Positions 8,501-17,095 are shown, counted from the stretch's first letter. The stretch is 64,000 bases of DNA from Verrucomicrobiia bacterium (GCA_035765675.1 DASTXC010000123.1:11180-75179), one strand, 5' to 3'. Notes: generated by a model not told the origin, from the letters alone. Made by a program: numbers and translations.

Positions 8501-10424
8501 CACTTCGGGAGTGAACGACACCGTCACGGTTTATATCAACCCCACGGCCAATTCTTCCGAGCCTGGCGTCGCTGCGACTTACACGGTCAGCTCATTCGAT
8601 GTCGGAACGATCATCGGAATCGGGTTGAACAATCAAGGTGGCGGGCAGGCGATCAAGATCGATGAGATTCGCCGCGGCACGACCTACGCTGAAGCAGTTG
8701 GTTTCAATCCGCCTTCCGCTCCCATCAACTTTGCTGCCGATGCGGGCGTTAATTCGGTCAGCCTGACGTGGGATGTTGTCAGCGGCGCCACCGGCTACAA
8801 AGTCTTGCGCGGAACCAGCTCCGGTGTTTACGACCTGACGAACACTGTAATGGCCAACGCATACTTCGACGCGACGGCTGTTGGCGGAACCGAATACTTC
8901 TACGTTGTGCAAGCGACGAATGCTTCCGGATCGAGCGCGTTTTCAACTGAAGTTATGGCAACGCCTACGATTGCCGCGCCGGAGGTGCCGACGGGATTGA
9001 CCGCCATTGGAACCAATGGCGCAGTGCATCTGAGTTGGAATGTTGCGGTCGGCGCAACGGGTTACAATATCAAGCGCTCGACCACGAGCGGAACGGAACT
9101 CACGATTGCCCGCGTGAATGCGACGGCTTACATCGACACCGAGGTCGCAAATGGTCAGCAATATTTCTACACCGTTTCTTCAACCAACAGCGCGGGTGAA
9201 AGCGCCGATTCTCTGGAAGTGAACGCCACGCCGGATGTTCCGCCTGCGACACCTGCCGACGTCGTCGCGGTCGCGGGAACGAATCACGTCACGTTGTCCT
9301 GGACGGAATCTGCGGGTGCGATCAGCTACAACATCAAGCGTTCGACCACCAGCGGTTCAGGCTTTGTCACGATCGGCAGCGTGACGGCGCCGACGGTGAC
9401 ATTCACGGATTCAACGGCTGTGAAATTCACGGAATATTTTTATGTCGTCTCCGCAGTGAATGCCAATGGCGAAAGTATCGATTCCAATGAAGTGAACGCC
9501 ACGCCGCTCGGAACGTATGGTCCGCTCGCTTATGAATCGTTCGATTATCCGTTGGATGCGTTGACGAATGACACGCCCAGCACGGGAGTTGGATTCACCG
9601 GCAATTGGACCGTATCGGGCGGCGCGACGATTGTCGCTGGTCTCGCTTATCCTGAACTCTCCGTGAGCAACAACGCTCTGAGTTCGTCGTCCGTGACGCA
9701 TCAATTCCAAAGCCTGGCCACTCCGCAAGGCAGCGGCAGCGTTTGGGTCAGCGCGCTGTTTCAACAACTTGGCGACAACGGTGGCAATCGGGATGGCTTC
9801 GTTCTCGCGGATGCGAATGGCAACGGAATCGAGTTTGCCTATCAGCAATTCAGCGGCGCGCAAGGTCTGCCGGCGTTGATGACGATCAACGGCTTCTTCA
9901 ATTACGCGGGACAATTAAGTCCGGTCAGCAGCACGCCGCAGACTTACAACACCGCTAATCTCTACGTGTTCGAACTGACTTACAGCGAAGGCACGCTGGC
10001 GAGTGTCGCGGTTTATTCCAATCCACCGCTCGGCGTGAATGTTCCGCCTGCGCCGGACTTCACGGTCAGCTCGGGATTGAGCGGCATTGGAGCGCTCAGC
10101 GTTTTAGGTGTGGCCCATCAGTCCGGCATCGGCATCACAGTTGACGAATGGAAAACCGGTCAGGTTTATGGCGATGTGACAGGTTACAACGACAGCAGCG
10201 TGAGCAACGCGACGAACATCGTTGCGAGTGTTTCCGGAAATCAGCTTACAGTTTCCTGGCCGGCGGATCACACCGGCTGGATTCTGCAATCGCAGACGAA
10301 CAGTCTGGATGTGGGAATCACCAGCGATTGGACGGACATTTCCGGCAGTGAAACGAACAATGAATCGGTGATAACCATCGATCCCGCGAATCCGGCAATG
10401 TTCTTCCGCTTGCGTTCGCCGTAA
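5565..10424 (+). CDS. Giant secreted surface protein (3x YEPFNY module, 6 Ig-like units, 3 FN3, C-terminal LSWP...FFRL domain)
   Basis: GTG at 5565 (alternative ATG at 5604, MKINRPQ). Signal/anchor LLPIAAIFLALSAINVGAA. ~215-aa modules at ~5724-6404, 8040-8703 and 9527-10186. Alternating Ig-like units from 6417 to 8030. FN3 units (SLTWDVVSGATGYKVLRG, HLSWNVAVGATGYNIKRS, TLSWTESAGAISYNIKRS) at ~8700-9510. C-terminus GNQLTVSWPADHTGWILQSQTN...FFRLRSP. Confidence 0.85.
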   Translation: MKRTSPTLNQSTEMKINRPQMVPWFERLRAFQLLPIAAIFLALSAINVGAALIAYDPMNYSGAQVNVGTAAPSGAPTQSTGGGWTGNWSGGALTLNSFGLTYPNLPTTQKSITTLGANILYNHIASAPTSGSVWVSVLFKQVGDIGGNRSGVILESGTGAGVMLAYQQFSGSQGKPCLMAVTGTTTVGAQIGTSATAQTYANTNFYVLEFVYTDGTVSSVRIYSNPTAGQTTAPAPDFTVSTGLPSIGALVNFGLINPSGAGNITLDEFRVADAYADVVGLSVIPVSVSITSPTNNATVSTYNYTMNANATVLPGTVTNVDFYVDGILAGNDTDSPFSLLVSGAAAGAHSLQAIAMDGEGNSATSSVVNVTAANLSPSVTITNPANGNQILTGSSVSVGADATDDGTIANVSFYVDGELAGSAKSSPYSIDWIATAGVHALTAVAQDNDGLSATSVVVTVTGTLPVVSITSPTDMQTVSSYSFSIDANATVNPGTITNVDFYLDDALIGNDIASPFNFIVNGASPGAHTLKALASDSNGNTVESSVINVLAANLSPSVTITNPANGSQILVGSTVAIGASATDDSAVTNVDFYVDEVLVGNSIAAPYAANWIATAGAHLLTAVAQDNDGLSTTSAVVNVTGTLPIVSITSPTNSQLVSIYNYTINAAATVTPGTITNVDFYIDAALVGNDIASPFNYVVSGALAGDHSLQVVASDSNGNSVTSAVVNVTAANLAPSISVTNPAAGSVYLIGANVPIGASATDDSAVTNVDFYVDGTFVASADAAPYATSWTTTAGVHALTAVAQDNDGLSTTSAVVNITGVLNYNAYEPFNYALGTFTNNTPSSAAGFSGNWTCGSAGTIVAGLTYSGLPVSANALSSTAGRQFANFSGPLSSGTEYISFLFTQVGNNGGNKAGVYFPNGGAGLFFGYGFAPGGTSGALGLGSMNTVGTDVQGTTSTLASSFVGTYGTTYFIVLKIDFNTSGVNDTVTVYINPTANSSEPGVAATYTVSSFDVGTIIGIGLNNQGGGQAIKIDEIRRGTTYAEAVGFNPPSAPINFAADAGVNSVSLTWDVVSGATGYKVLRGTSSGVYDLTNTVMANAYFDATAVGGTEYFYVVQATNASGSSAFSTEVMATPTIAAPEVPTGLTAIGTNGAVHLSWNVAVGATGYNIKRSTTSGTELTIARVNATAYIDTEVANGQQYFYTVSSTNSAGESADSLEVNATPDVPPATPADVVAVAGTNHVTLSWTESAGAISYNIKRSTTSGSGFVTIGSVTAPTVTFTDSTAVKFTEYFYVVSAVNANGESIDSNEVNATPLGTYGPLAYESFDYPLDALTNDTPSTGVGFTGNWTVSGGATIVAGLAYPELSVSNNALSSSSVTHQFQSLATPQGSGSVWVSALFQQLGDNGGNRDGFVLADANGNGIEFAYQQFSGAQGLPALMTINGFFNYAGQLSPVSSTPQTYNTANLYVFELTYSEGTLASVAVYSNPPLGVNVPPAPDFTVSSGLSGIGALSVLGVAHQSGIGITVDEWKTGQVYGDVTGYNDSSVSNATNIVASVSGNQLTVSWPADHTGWILQSQTNSLDVGITSDWTDISGSETNNESVITIDPANPAMFFRLRSP
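6417..8030 (+). repeat. Intragenic tandem repeat, 3 units of 540/537/537 bp (each = two Ig-like domains)
   Basis: Unit starts at 6417 (PVSVSITSPTNN), 6957 (PVVSITSPTDM) and 7494 (PIVSITSPTNS). Each unit also carries SPSVTITNPANG-type second domains. The high similarity is visible at the nucleotide level. Confidence 0.9.
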
Positions 10425-10436
10425 GGGTCGTGAATT

Positions 10437-10461
10437 CGGAAGGACGAGTTACGCGAGTCCC
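10437..10461 (+). repeat. Repeat family D half-element CGGAAGGACGAGTTACGCGAGTCCC
   Basis: Near-identical 25-mers occur at 18778-18802 and, as a full palindromic version, inside ileS (15578-15643). Confidence 0.85.
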
Positions 10462-10494
10462 GAAATCAATTTCAGGTTGATGGGTTGGGAGTGG

Positions 10495-10529
10495 AGCCGA
10501 TTCAGAAATGAACCGGCTCCTCTTTGGTG
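10495..10529 (+). terminator. Candidate terminator hairpin after giant surface protein gene
   Basis: GGAGCCG (10495-10501) pairs with CGGCTCC (10516-10522) around a 14-nt loop, followed by TCTTTGG. The U-tract is weak. Confidence 0.4.
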
Positions 10530-10588
10530 TCGCAAAACAGGAAAATAAAGTTGAGCCTGAAACGTGATTCGGAGTGCGGTTATTTGTG

Positions 10589-10656
10589 GCATGGGCGTCT
10601 CGCCCGTGCGGCTCTGGATTGGGAAAAGGCATCGCACAGGCGAGACGCCCGTGCCA
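10589..10656. repeat. Repeat family G inverted pair (GGCATGGGCGTCTCGCCCGTGCG / CGCACAGGCGAGACGCCCGTGCC)
   Basis: 23-nt arms at 10589-10611 and 10634-10656 are reverse complements with 2 mismatches. Each arm holds its own GGGCG-N3-CGCCC hairpin. Confidence 0.85.
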
Positions 10657-10689
10657 CTCAGCGGCTTAAATGAAATCGAATTTTACTGA

Positions 10690-13600
10690 ATGAAATGCCA
10701 AATCACCGTGCGTTGGTCGTGGATCGCGCTTTTAATATTTGTCGGCGTCGGAATCACCCACGCACAACCGGTTCTTGATATTACGACCGGAGTTGAGTTG
10801 AGCTGGCCGACAACCGCCGAGCACAATTACCAGCCGCAAAGCGCCGCCAATCCCAATGGCGACTGGACCGCGCTCGGTGCCGCTGTGCCCGGCGATGGAT
10901 CCGCGCAATCGCTTTTCGATCCGGTGGCGAGCGGCGCGCGCAGCTATCAGGTTTTGGAAATCATTCCCGGTTCCGCCCCCGTTTCCGCAATCCTCGAGAA
11001 TGGCAGTTTCGAATCCGGCGAGGGAATCACTGCGAGCAATTGGTCGGTGACGCAAGCCGCGGGTGGCCCGGTGTATGGCGTTCGCACCAACAGCAATCCG
11101 CACAATGGCTCGTCTCATTTCGAAGTTCATCTTGCCAGCACTGGCGCGGGACCCGTGGTGGCATTTGGTCAAACGGGCATTCCGGTGACAGGCGGAAACA
11201 CGTATCCGTTTTCCTTTTACGCCAACGCCCTCGCCGGCAGCGCCGGCCAAAATGTGCAATGGCGCATTCAATGGAACAGCGGCGGCGACACTGGCTTTCA
11301 CGGTTTCACTCCAGGAAACAACACCTACGCGTTCATCAGCAATTCCGTGACGGCGCCTCAGTCCGCTTCTTCCGCAACGATCTCATTTTATTGCGCCGGC
11401 AGCGCCAGTCCGAGCCAGTCCGCGACGATTCAATTTGATGACGTCACGTTTGGCTCGAGCGTCAGCGATCTCGGTGTTCCCGCTCAAACGAATATTCTTC
11501 CGGTCGCGACTCGGCCGGTTGCACGGATCAGTTGGGCAACTGTTTCCGGTGTTCAATATCAACCCGTTTCGACCACCAATCTGACTGCGGGAACGTGGAG
11601 CAACTTTGCGCCAATGATTCTGGGCGACGGCAGTTCCAAGACGATCACTGTTCCAATGACTCGGAGCGGCGAATTTATTCGCCTGCAAATTCCCGCGGCC
11701 GTCATTCTGCCGCCAGCCAATTTGCATACCATTGCCTCAGGTTTGACCAATGCGATTGGGCTGGGTTGGGTTTCCAGTTCCACTACGGGCGTCACCGGCT
11801 ATCGAATTCTTTATGGCACTGAGAGCGGAAACCTGACGAATGCGATCGACGTTGGAAATGTGACTTCTGCAATCATCTCCGATCTCACTCCCGGCCAGAC
11901 GTATTTTCTGGCCGTCGTCACGTTCACAGCGGACGGAGAAAGCGATCCTCTCGATTCCATCATTTCGGCTCAAACCGATTCGGGCCTTGGCATCATTCCG
12001 CTCTTTGATGAGAACACGCCTTTGGAGCCAGCGACTTCCATCGAGACTTCCGAGGCACTGATTACTTACGTCGCGGACCGAGTGCGTGATCGTCATGCGC
12101 GCGAAGGCAATTTCCATTTATACGATCATTATCTGAGCTGGTACTGGGAACAGCGCGTGGCGAACGTCGAAATCATTGACCGCGTCGCCAAAGGCGGATC
12201 GAGCATCACGTTCAATTACGTGACTCACGCCGAGTTGAATCCTGCCGAATTCCGCACCTTCTTCCGCGGCATCAACACCGTGGCCGAATATCACAACAAT
12301 CAGATCGCGACGCTCGTTTCCACGAATGCTTCGGCGACGCCCGGCGAAACTGATTATCACTACACCGCGACTATCAATTCGAAAGCGCCGGGGAATTTTT
12401 CGTTGCAATTGGGCGATCGCGTTGAAGTGGAAATCAGCCAGTTCCTTTTAGCGCCGCGGCATGGCCGCGCCAATTACTACGGCACCGCGATGCTCTATAT
12501 CGTTGGCCAAGGCATCGTGCCATGGGGGCAAGGAAACGATATGGGTTTCGATGGCGGCATCGTTGGCGACGTGAATCAGAGTCTTGGTTCCTACCCGCTG
12601 CCGACCAACGCGTGGCTCGGGGGGAAGACGACGTTGCCCTATCAATATTCCAACGAGCCGGAGCAGCGTTTCAAGGAAACCGCCGGAAACATCGCGCCCA
12701 CTAACGGTCTGCGTTTCATGCTCGGACGCCGCTTGCATCACACGGATTTCGGCGACGGCACGCATTCGGAGCCGGACAATCCGATCTTCTCGCAACAGAT
12801 CGGAAAACTCGGACCGAAGTTTGCCAATCGCAGTTGCGTTGCCTGTCACGTGAATAATGGCCGCGCGCTGCCACCGGTCATTGGCGCGCCAATGCTGCAA
12901 TCGATTGTGAAAGTGGGCAGCGATGCGAACGATTCGCCGCATCCGATTCTCGGCTCCGTGCTGCAATCGCAGTCAATCAGCGGTCCGGCCGAAGGCAGCG
13001 CCACGATTGCGAGTTACACGATCATCAACGGACAATACGCCGATGGAACTCCTTACTCGTTGCGCAAACCGAACTACGCGTTTCAAGGCGTCACGCCGAC
13101 TTATTTCTCGGTGCGCCTCGCGCCGCAACTCGTGGGTCTTGGTCTGCTCGAAGCCGTCAGTGAAAGCACAATCATGGCGCTCGCGGATCCGAGTGACGCC
13201 AATCAAGATGGCATTTCTGGTCGGATTCAAACGGTTATTGATCCGCAGACTGGTCAGCAGCGGCTCGGACGCTTCAATTACAAAGCCGGCAAAGCGCGGC
13301 TCAGTCATCAGGTCGCCGGCGCGTTGAACAATGACATGGGCGTGACAACTTCAGTATTTCCTGTTCTGGATGGTGAGAGCAGCAGTGGACCGATCGAAAT
13401 AAGCGACCTCGATCTTGATGAGTTGACCCGTTACATCGCTCTGCTGGGAGTCGGCGCGCGCCGCGATTTATCCGACACTCAGGCGTTACGAGGAGAACAG
13501 CTTTTCGCCAGCGCCAGTTGCGTGAAGTGTCACACGCCGACGCTCACAACCAGTGCGTATTCTCCCATGGCCGAACTTCGCAGTCAGACGATTCATCCCT

Positions 13601-13878
13601 ACACAGATTTGTTGTTGCACGACCTGGGAAATGGTCTTGCGGACAACATGGGTGAAGCAGATGCGACCGGCTCGGAATGGCGCACGCCGCCGCTCTGGAG
13701 CATTGGCCTGACTGCTGGAGTCAGTGGCGGCGAAGCGTATCTTCACGATGGCCGCGCCCGAAGTCTGGAAGAAGCAATTCTTTGGCACGGTGGCGAAGCT
13801 GAATCCGCAAAGGAATCGTTTCGAACCATGACCGCCTCCGATCGCGCCGCCTTGATCAAGTTCTTGAAATCGTTGTGA
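10690..13878 (+). CDS. Secreted CBM/FN3-fused DUF1111-type di-haem cytochrome c (peroxidase-like) protein
   Basis: Signal peptide WSWIALLIFVGVGITHA. LENGSFESGEG begins a CBM-like domain. Two small SW...YQP...W...(Y/F)xxL(E/Q)I beta modules and an FN3 (GLGWVSSSTTGVTGYRILYG). The C-terminal ~620 aa carry CVACH (12835-12849), CVKCH (13519-13533), EWRTPPLWSIG and YLHDGRARSLEEAILWHGGEA, which are typical of DUF1111. Confidence 0.8.
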   Translation: MKCQITVRWSWIALLIFVGVGITHAQPVLDITTGVELSWPTTAEHNYQPQSAANPNGDWTALGAAVPGDGSAQSLFDPVASGARSYQVLEIIPGSAPVSAILENGSFESGEGITASNWSVTQAAGGPVYGVRTNSNPHNGSSHFEVHLASTGAGPVVAFGQTGIPVTGGNTYPFSFYANALAGSAGQNVQWRIQWNSGGDTGFHGFTPGNNTYAFISNSVTAPQSASSATISFYCAGSASPSQSATIQFDDVTFGSSVSDLGVPAQTNILPVATRPVARISWATVSGVQYQPVSTTNLTAGTWSNFAPMILGDGSSKTITVPMTRSGEFIRLQIPAAVILPPANLHTIASGLTNAIGLGWVSSSTTGVTGYRILYGTESGNLTNAIDVGNVTSAIISDLTPGQTYFLAVVTFTADGESDPLDSIISAQTDSGLGIIPLFDENTPLEPATSIETSEALITYVADRVRDRHAREGNFHLYDHYLSWYWEQRVANVEIIDRVAKGGSSITFNYVTHAELNPAEFRTFFRGINTVAEYHNNQIATLVSTNASATPGETDYHYTATINSKAPGNFSLQLGDRVEVEISQFLLAPRHGRANYYGTAMLYIVGQGIVPWGQGNDMGFDGGIVGDVNQSLGSYPLPTNAWLGGKTTLPYQYSNEPEQRFKETAGNIAPTNGLRFMLGRRLHHTDFGDGTHSEPDNPIFSQQIGKLGPKFANRSCVACHVNNGRALPPVIGAPMLQSIVKVGSDANDSPHPILGSVLQSQSISGPAEGSATIASYTIINGQYADGTPYSLRKPNYAFQGVTPTYFSVRLAPQLVGLGLLEAVSESTIMALADPSDANQDGISGRIQTVIDPQTGQQRLGRFNYKAGKARLSHQVAGALNNDMGVTTSVFPVLDGESSSGPIEISDLDLDELTRYIALLGVGARRDLSDTQALRGEQLFASASCVKCHTPTLTTSAYSPMAELRSQTIHPYTDLLLHDLGNGLADNMGEADATGSEWRTPPLWSIGLTAGVSGGEAYLHDGRARSLEEAILWHGGEAESAKESFRTMTASDRAALIKFLKSL

Positions 13879-13912
13879 CGATTTCAGATGCGAGAGAAAC
13901 CAGGCGTTCATT

Positions 13913-13989
13913 GGTAGCAGCCGACGTGGGTCGGCTCCATCTCTCCATCGCTTTCAAAAAAGATAAAGCGGACTCACGTCCGCTGCTAC
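13913..13989. repeat. Repeat family H inverted pair (GGTAGCAGCCGACGTGGGTCGGCTCC ... GCGGACTCACGTCCGCTGCTAC)
   Basis: GTAGCAGC and GCTGCTAC form the outer arms. Inner hairpins are AGCCGAC-GTGG-GTCGGCT and GCGGAC-TCAC-GTCCGC. Located between the convergent DUF1111 and ileS genes. Confidence 0.75.
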
Positions 13990-14033
13990 GAGCGGGATCA
14001 ATTTCTTTATCGCTATGCGAGATCGGAATGCGA

Positions 14034-16934
14034 TCAGCTCTTGGCCTGCTGCACTGCTTCCACGCAGCGACCGCAGATTGTCGGATGCTCCGCGTTCTGG
14101 CCGATGTCCGTTTCCCAATGCCAGCAGCGTTCGCATTTCTGGCCATCGGCTTTGCTCACCGTTGCGGTGACGACAGCTTCCGGAACTTCCGTCAGCGCGA
14201 CTTGCGAAACATTCAACAACTCTCGCAATGATTCGAGGTTCGCCTTCGCGTCGTTCAGCAGTGGCCCTGACCCGCTGATCGTCAGTTTCGCTTCCAAAGA
14301 TTTTCCGATTGATTTCGCCTGACGCTCTTTTTCCAAGGCCGGCAATGCAAGTTCGCGCAGAACGAAGAGACTCTTCCATGCTTCCGCTTCCGAAGACGAA
14401 AGTTTCAATTCGCCAGCCAGCCAGCCCGTCCGATGAATCGATTCCACTGTTTTGCCGGGAACAAATTCCCACGCCTCATCCGAGGTGTAAGCCAGGATTG
14501 GCGCGAGCATTTTGCAAAGGCCGGTCAGCAGACGATGCAACGCGGTCTGAGTCGAACGCCGACGATGCGAATTCGCCGCGTCCGTGTACATGCGATCCTT
14601 GATGACGTCGTGGTAGATCGACGAAAGTTCGACCGCGATGAATTGGCTGACCTTCTGATAAACGACGTGGAATTCAAACTTGTCGTATGCTTCGATGACT
14701 TCCTGTTCGAGCTTCGAAAACTCGGCGAGAATCCAGCGATCCAATCCGGTGAGTTGATCGTCGGCGACGGTGTGCTTTGCCGGATCGAAGTCGTAAAGAT
14801 TCGAAAGCTGATAGCGCAGCGCGTTGCGAATGCCGCGATAGGTCTCGCCGACTTTGTTGATGCGTTCTTCGCTGACAACAATGTCGTTGCGAAAATCCTG
14901 TGACGCCACCCAGAGCCGAACCACATCCGCGCCCCATTTCTTCACGTAGGCTTCAGCGGTCTGCGGTTTCTCGTAAGAACCTTGTTTGCTCTTGGAGATT
15001 TTTTCGCGATCGGCATCTACCATGAATCCGTGTGTCAGAACCGTCTTGAACGGCGCCGCGCCATTTCCAGCGAGCGACAGCAACAGCGAAGACTGAAACC
15101 AGCCGCGATGCTGATCCGAGCCTTCAAAATACATGTCGGCTTGAAACGGCTTTTCTGCTCCGGCGATTTCCTTTCGGCGCGCAATCACCGCGCGCGATGA
15201 AGAACCGGAATCAATCCACACGTCCAGCGTGTCGTTCGATTTTGCAACTGCGTCCGCGCCGTTCCAATCCGCGGGTTTCACGAGCGACCAAAGTTCAGTC
15301 ACGGATTTTTCAAACCACACGTTCGAGCCGTGTTGTTCGATTAATTTTGCCGTATTACGAACAACTTCAGCAGCGGCGGCACTCTCTAAAACCGGATCAG
15401 GCGTGGGACACCCGGTTGCATCGTAAAAAAATGGTATCGGCACGCCCCAGGTGCGCTGGCGGGAGATGCACCAGTCAGGACGCGTTTGCACTGCGCCTTT
15501 GATGCGATTCACGCCCCATTCGGGAATCCATTTCACGCGGTCGATTTCAGCAAGCGCGCGACCGCGGAATGTATCCGTCGGAGGGACGAGCTCTGAGAGT
15601 CCCTCACCGGTTTGGTCGGGGACTCGTGTAACTCGTCCCTCCGATTGATTGACATGATCAATTTTGATAAACCACTGATCCATCGCGCGGAAAATCACCG
15701 CCGTTTTGCTGCGCCAGCAATGCGGATAGCTGTGATGGTAATTCTCCTGATGCAATAATGCGTGGCGAACGCGCAGTTCATGCAGCACCGCTTCATTCGC
15801 ATCGCTCTTGCCGTGCTTTTCAAGAATGGATTTGCCGACCATCTCCGGCGGCATTTGCTGCTCGACTGGCAATTCGTTCGAATAAGCCAGCTTGCCGTCA
15901 TCATCGACCGGCGAATAAATCGGCAAACCGTTTTGGCGTCCAAGATTGTAATCGTCCAGACCGTGTCCGGGCGCGATGTGGACAAAGCCCGTTCCCGTGT
16001 CGCTCGTCACAAAATCCGCGGCAAAAGCTTTTCCGGTGCGATTGCAAAACGGATGTTGATATTGCAGCGCGGCGAGTTCTTCCATGGAAACCGGCGTTTC
16101 GGTGTAATTCGTCCAGCCACATTTCTCGGCCACGTTCGGCAACAATCCGCGGAACAGAATGAAGTTCTCATCGCCGACCGTTGCTTTCACATATTGCAAC
16201 TTCTCGTTGTAAGCCACAGCGAGATTCGCCGGCAAAGTCCAGGGCGTGGTGGTCCAGATCACCACGAACGTTTTCGGCTGGCCGACCACTTCGAACTTCA
16301 CAAACACGCTTTGGCTGACGTGATCCGCATACTCAACTTCAGCTTCAGCCAAAGCCGTGCGACACGGAATGCTCCAGTAAACCGGCTTCTTGCCGCGATA
16401 AACAAATCCCTGCGCGACGATGTCCGCGAACAAACGCAGTTCGTCCGCTTCGTATTCCTTGTTCAGCGTGAGATACGGATTTTCCCAATCGCCCAGCACG
16501 CCGAGCCGTTTGAATTGCTCGCGCTGGATGTCGATGTATTTGCGCGCGTAAGCTTCGCAGGCTTTGCGAATCGTCGCCGCGTCAGCACTCGTGTCGCCCG
16601 CTTTGCGCATGTCCTGCGAGACCTTGAATTCGATCGGTAAACCGTGGCAATCCCAGCCCGGAATGTAAGGCGCATCTTTGCCGCGCAGCGTCTGATACTT
16701 GACGATGATGTCCTTGAGAATCTTGTTCAGCGCGGTGCCGATATGGACGTCGCCGTTCGCGAAAGGCGGTCCGTCGTGCAGAACGAATTTCGCTTCGCCG
16801 GCGCGTTGCGCGCGGATCTTTCCGTAGAGATCGGTTGCCTGCCATTTTTCCAATCGCTCCGGTTCCCGCGTGACGAGGTCGGCCTTCATCGGGAAATCGG
16901 TGCGAGGCAGATTCAATGTGTCTTTGTAGTCCAT
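14034..16934 (-). CDS. ileS: Isoleucine--tRNA ligase
   Basis: MDYKDTLNLPRTDFPMKA start (the ORF-track start at 16979 is an extension). HIGH-type motif PFANGDVHIGTALNK, KISKSK (KMSKS), YPHCWR, and C-terminal zinc knuckles CERCWHW...CGRC. Confidence 0.95.
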   Translation of the reverse strand: MDYKDTLNLPRTDFPMKADLVTREPERLEKWQATDLYGKIRAQRAGEAKFVLHDGPPFANGDVHIGTALNKILKDIIVKYQTLRGKDAPYIPGWDCHGLPIEFKVSQDMRKAGDTSADAATIRKACEAYARKYIDIQREQFKRLGVLGDWENPYLTLNKEYEADELRLFADIVAQGFVYRGKKPVYWSIPCRTALAEAEVEYADHVSQSVFVKFEVVGQPKTFVVIWTTTPWTLPANLAVAYNEKLQYVKATVGDENFILFRGLLPNVAEKCGWTNYTETPVSMEELAALQYQHPFCNRTGKAFAADFVTSDTGTGFVHIAPGHGLDDYNLGRQNGLPIYSPVDDDGKLAYSNELPVEQQMPPEMVGKSILEKHGKSDANEAVLHELRVRHALLHQENYHHSYPHCWRSKTAVIFRAMDQWFIKIDHVNQSEGRVTRVPDQTGEGLSELVPPTDTFRGRALAEIDRVKWIPEWGVNRIKGAVQTRPDWCISRQRTWGVPIPFFYDATGCPTPDPVLESAAAAEVVRNTAKLIEQHGSNVWFEKSVTELWSLVKPADWNGADAVAKSNDTLDVWIDSGSSSRAVIARRKEIAGAEKPFQADMYFEGSDQHRGWFQSSLLLSLAGNGAAPFKTVLTHGFMVDADREKISKSKQGSYEKPQTAEAYVKKWGADVVRLWVASQDFRNDIVVSEERINKVGETYRGIRNALRYQLSNLYDFDPAKHTVADDQLTGLDRWILAEFSKLEQEVIEAYDKFEFHVVYQKVSQFIAVELSSIYHDVIKDRMYTDAANSHRRRSTQTALHRLLTGLCKMLAPILAYTSDEAWEFVPGKTVESIHRTGWLAGELKLSSSEAEAWKSLFVLRELALPALEKERQAKSIGKSLEAKLTISGSGPLLNDAKANLESLRELLNVSQVALTEVPEAVVTATVSKADGQKCERCWHWETDIGQNAEHPTICGRCVEAVQQAKS
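15578..15643. repeat. 66-nt palindromic family-D element embedded in frame in ileS
   Basis: CGGAGGGACGAG (15578-15589) and CTCGTCCCTCCG (15632-15643) are perfect reverse complements. There is an inner 7-bp stem GGGACTC/GAGTCCC. The element is 22 codons and encodes EGRVTRVPDQTGEGLSELVPP. Confidence 0.85.
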
Positions 16935-16999
16935 TGCAAAAAGAGGGCGCAAAGTAACAGCGGCTTCCGAGGGTGTCAACGAACGCGGGAACGCGGTAT

Positions 17000-17067
17000 C
17001 GGAGCGCGGACTTCAGTCCGCGCGTGCCGAGTAATTGCGAATCTCGCGGACTGAAGTCCGCGCTCCG
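17000..17067. repeat. Repeat family A inverted pair (CGGAGCGCGGACTTCAGTCCGCG x2, perfect 23-nt arms)
   Basis: Arms at 17000-17022 and 17045-17067 are exact reverse complements with a 22-nt spacer. Each arm contains the GCGGACT-TC-AGTCCGC hairpin. Located between the mtnA stop and the ileS start. Confidence 0.95.
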
Positions 17068-17095
17068 AAGCGGAATCGTGCGAATCAGGAATGCG

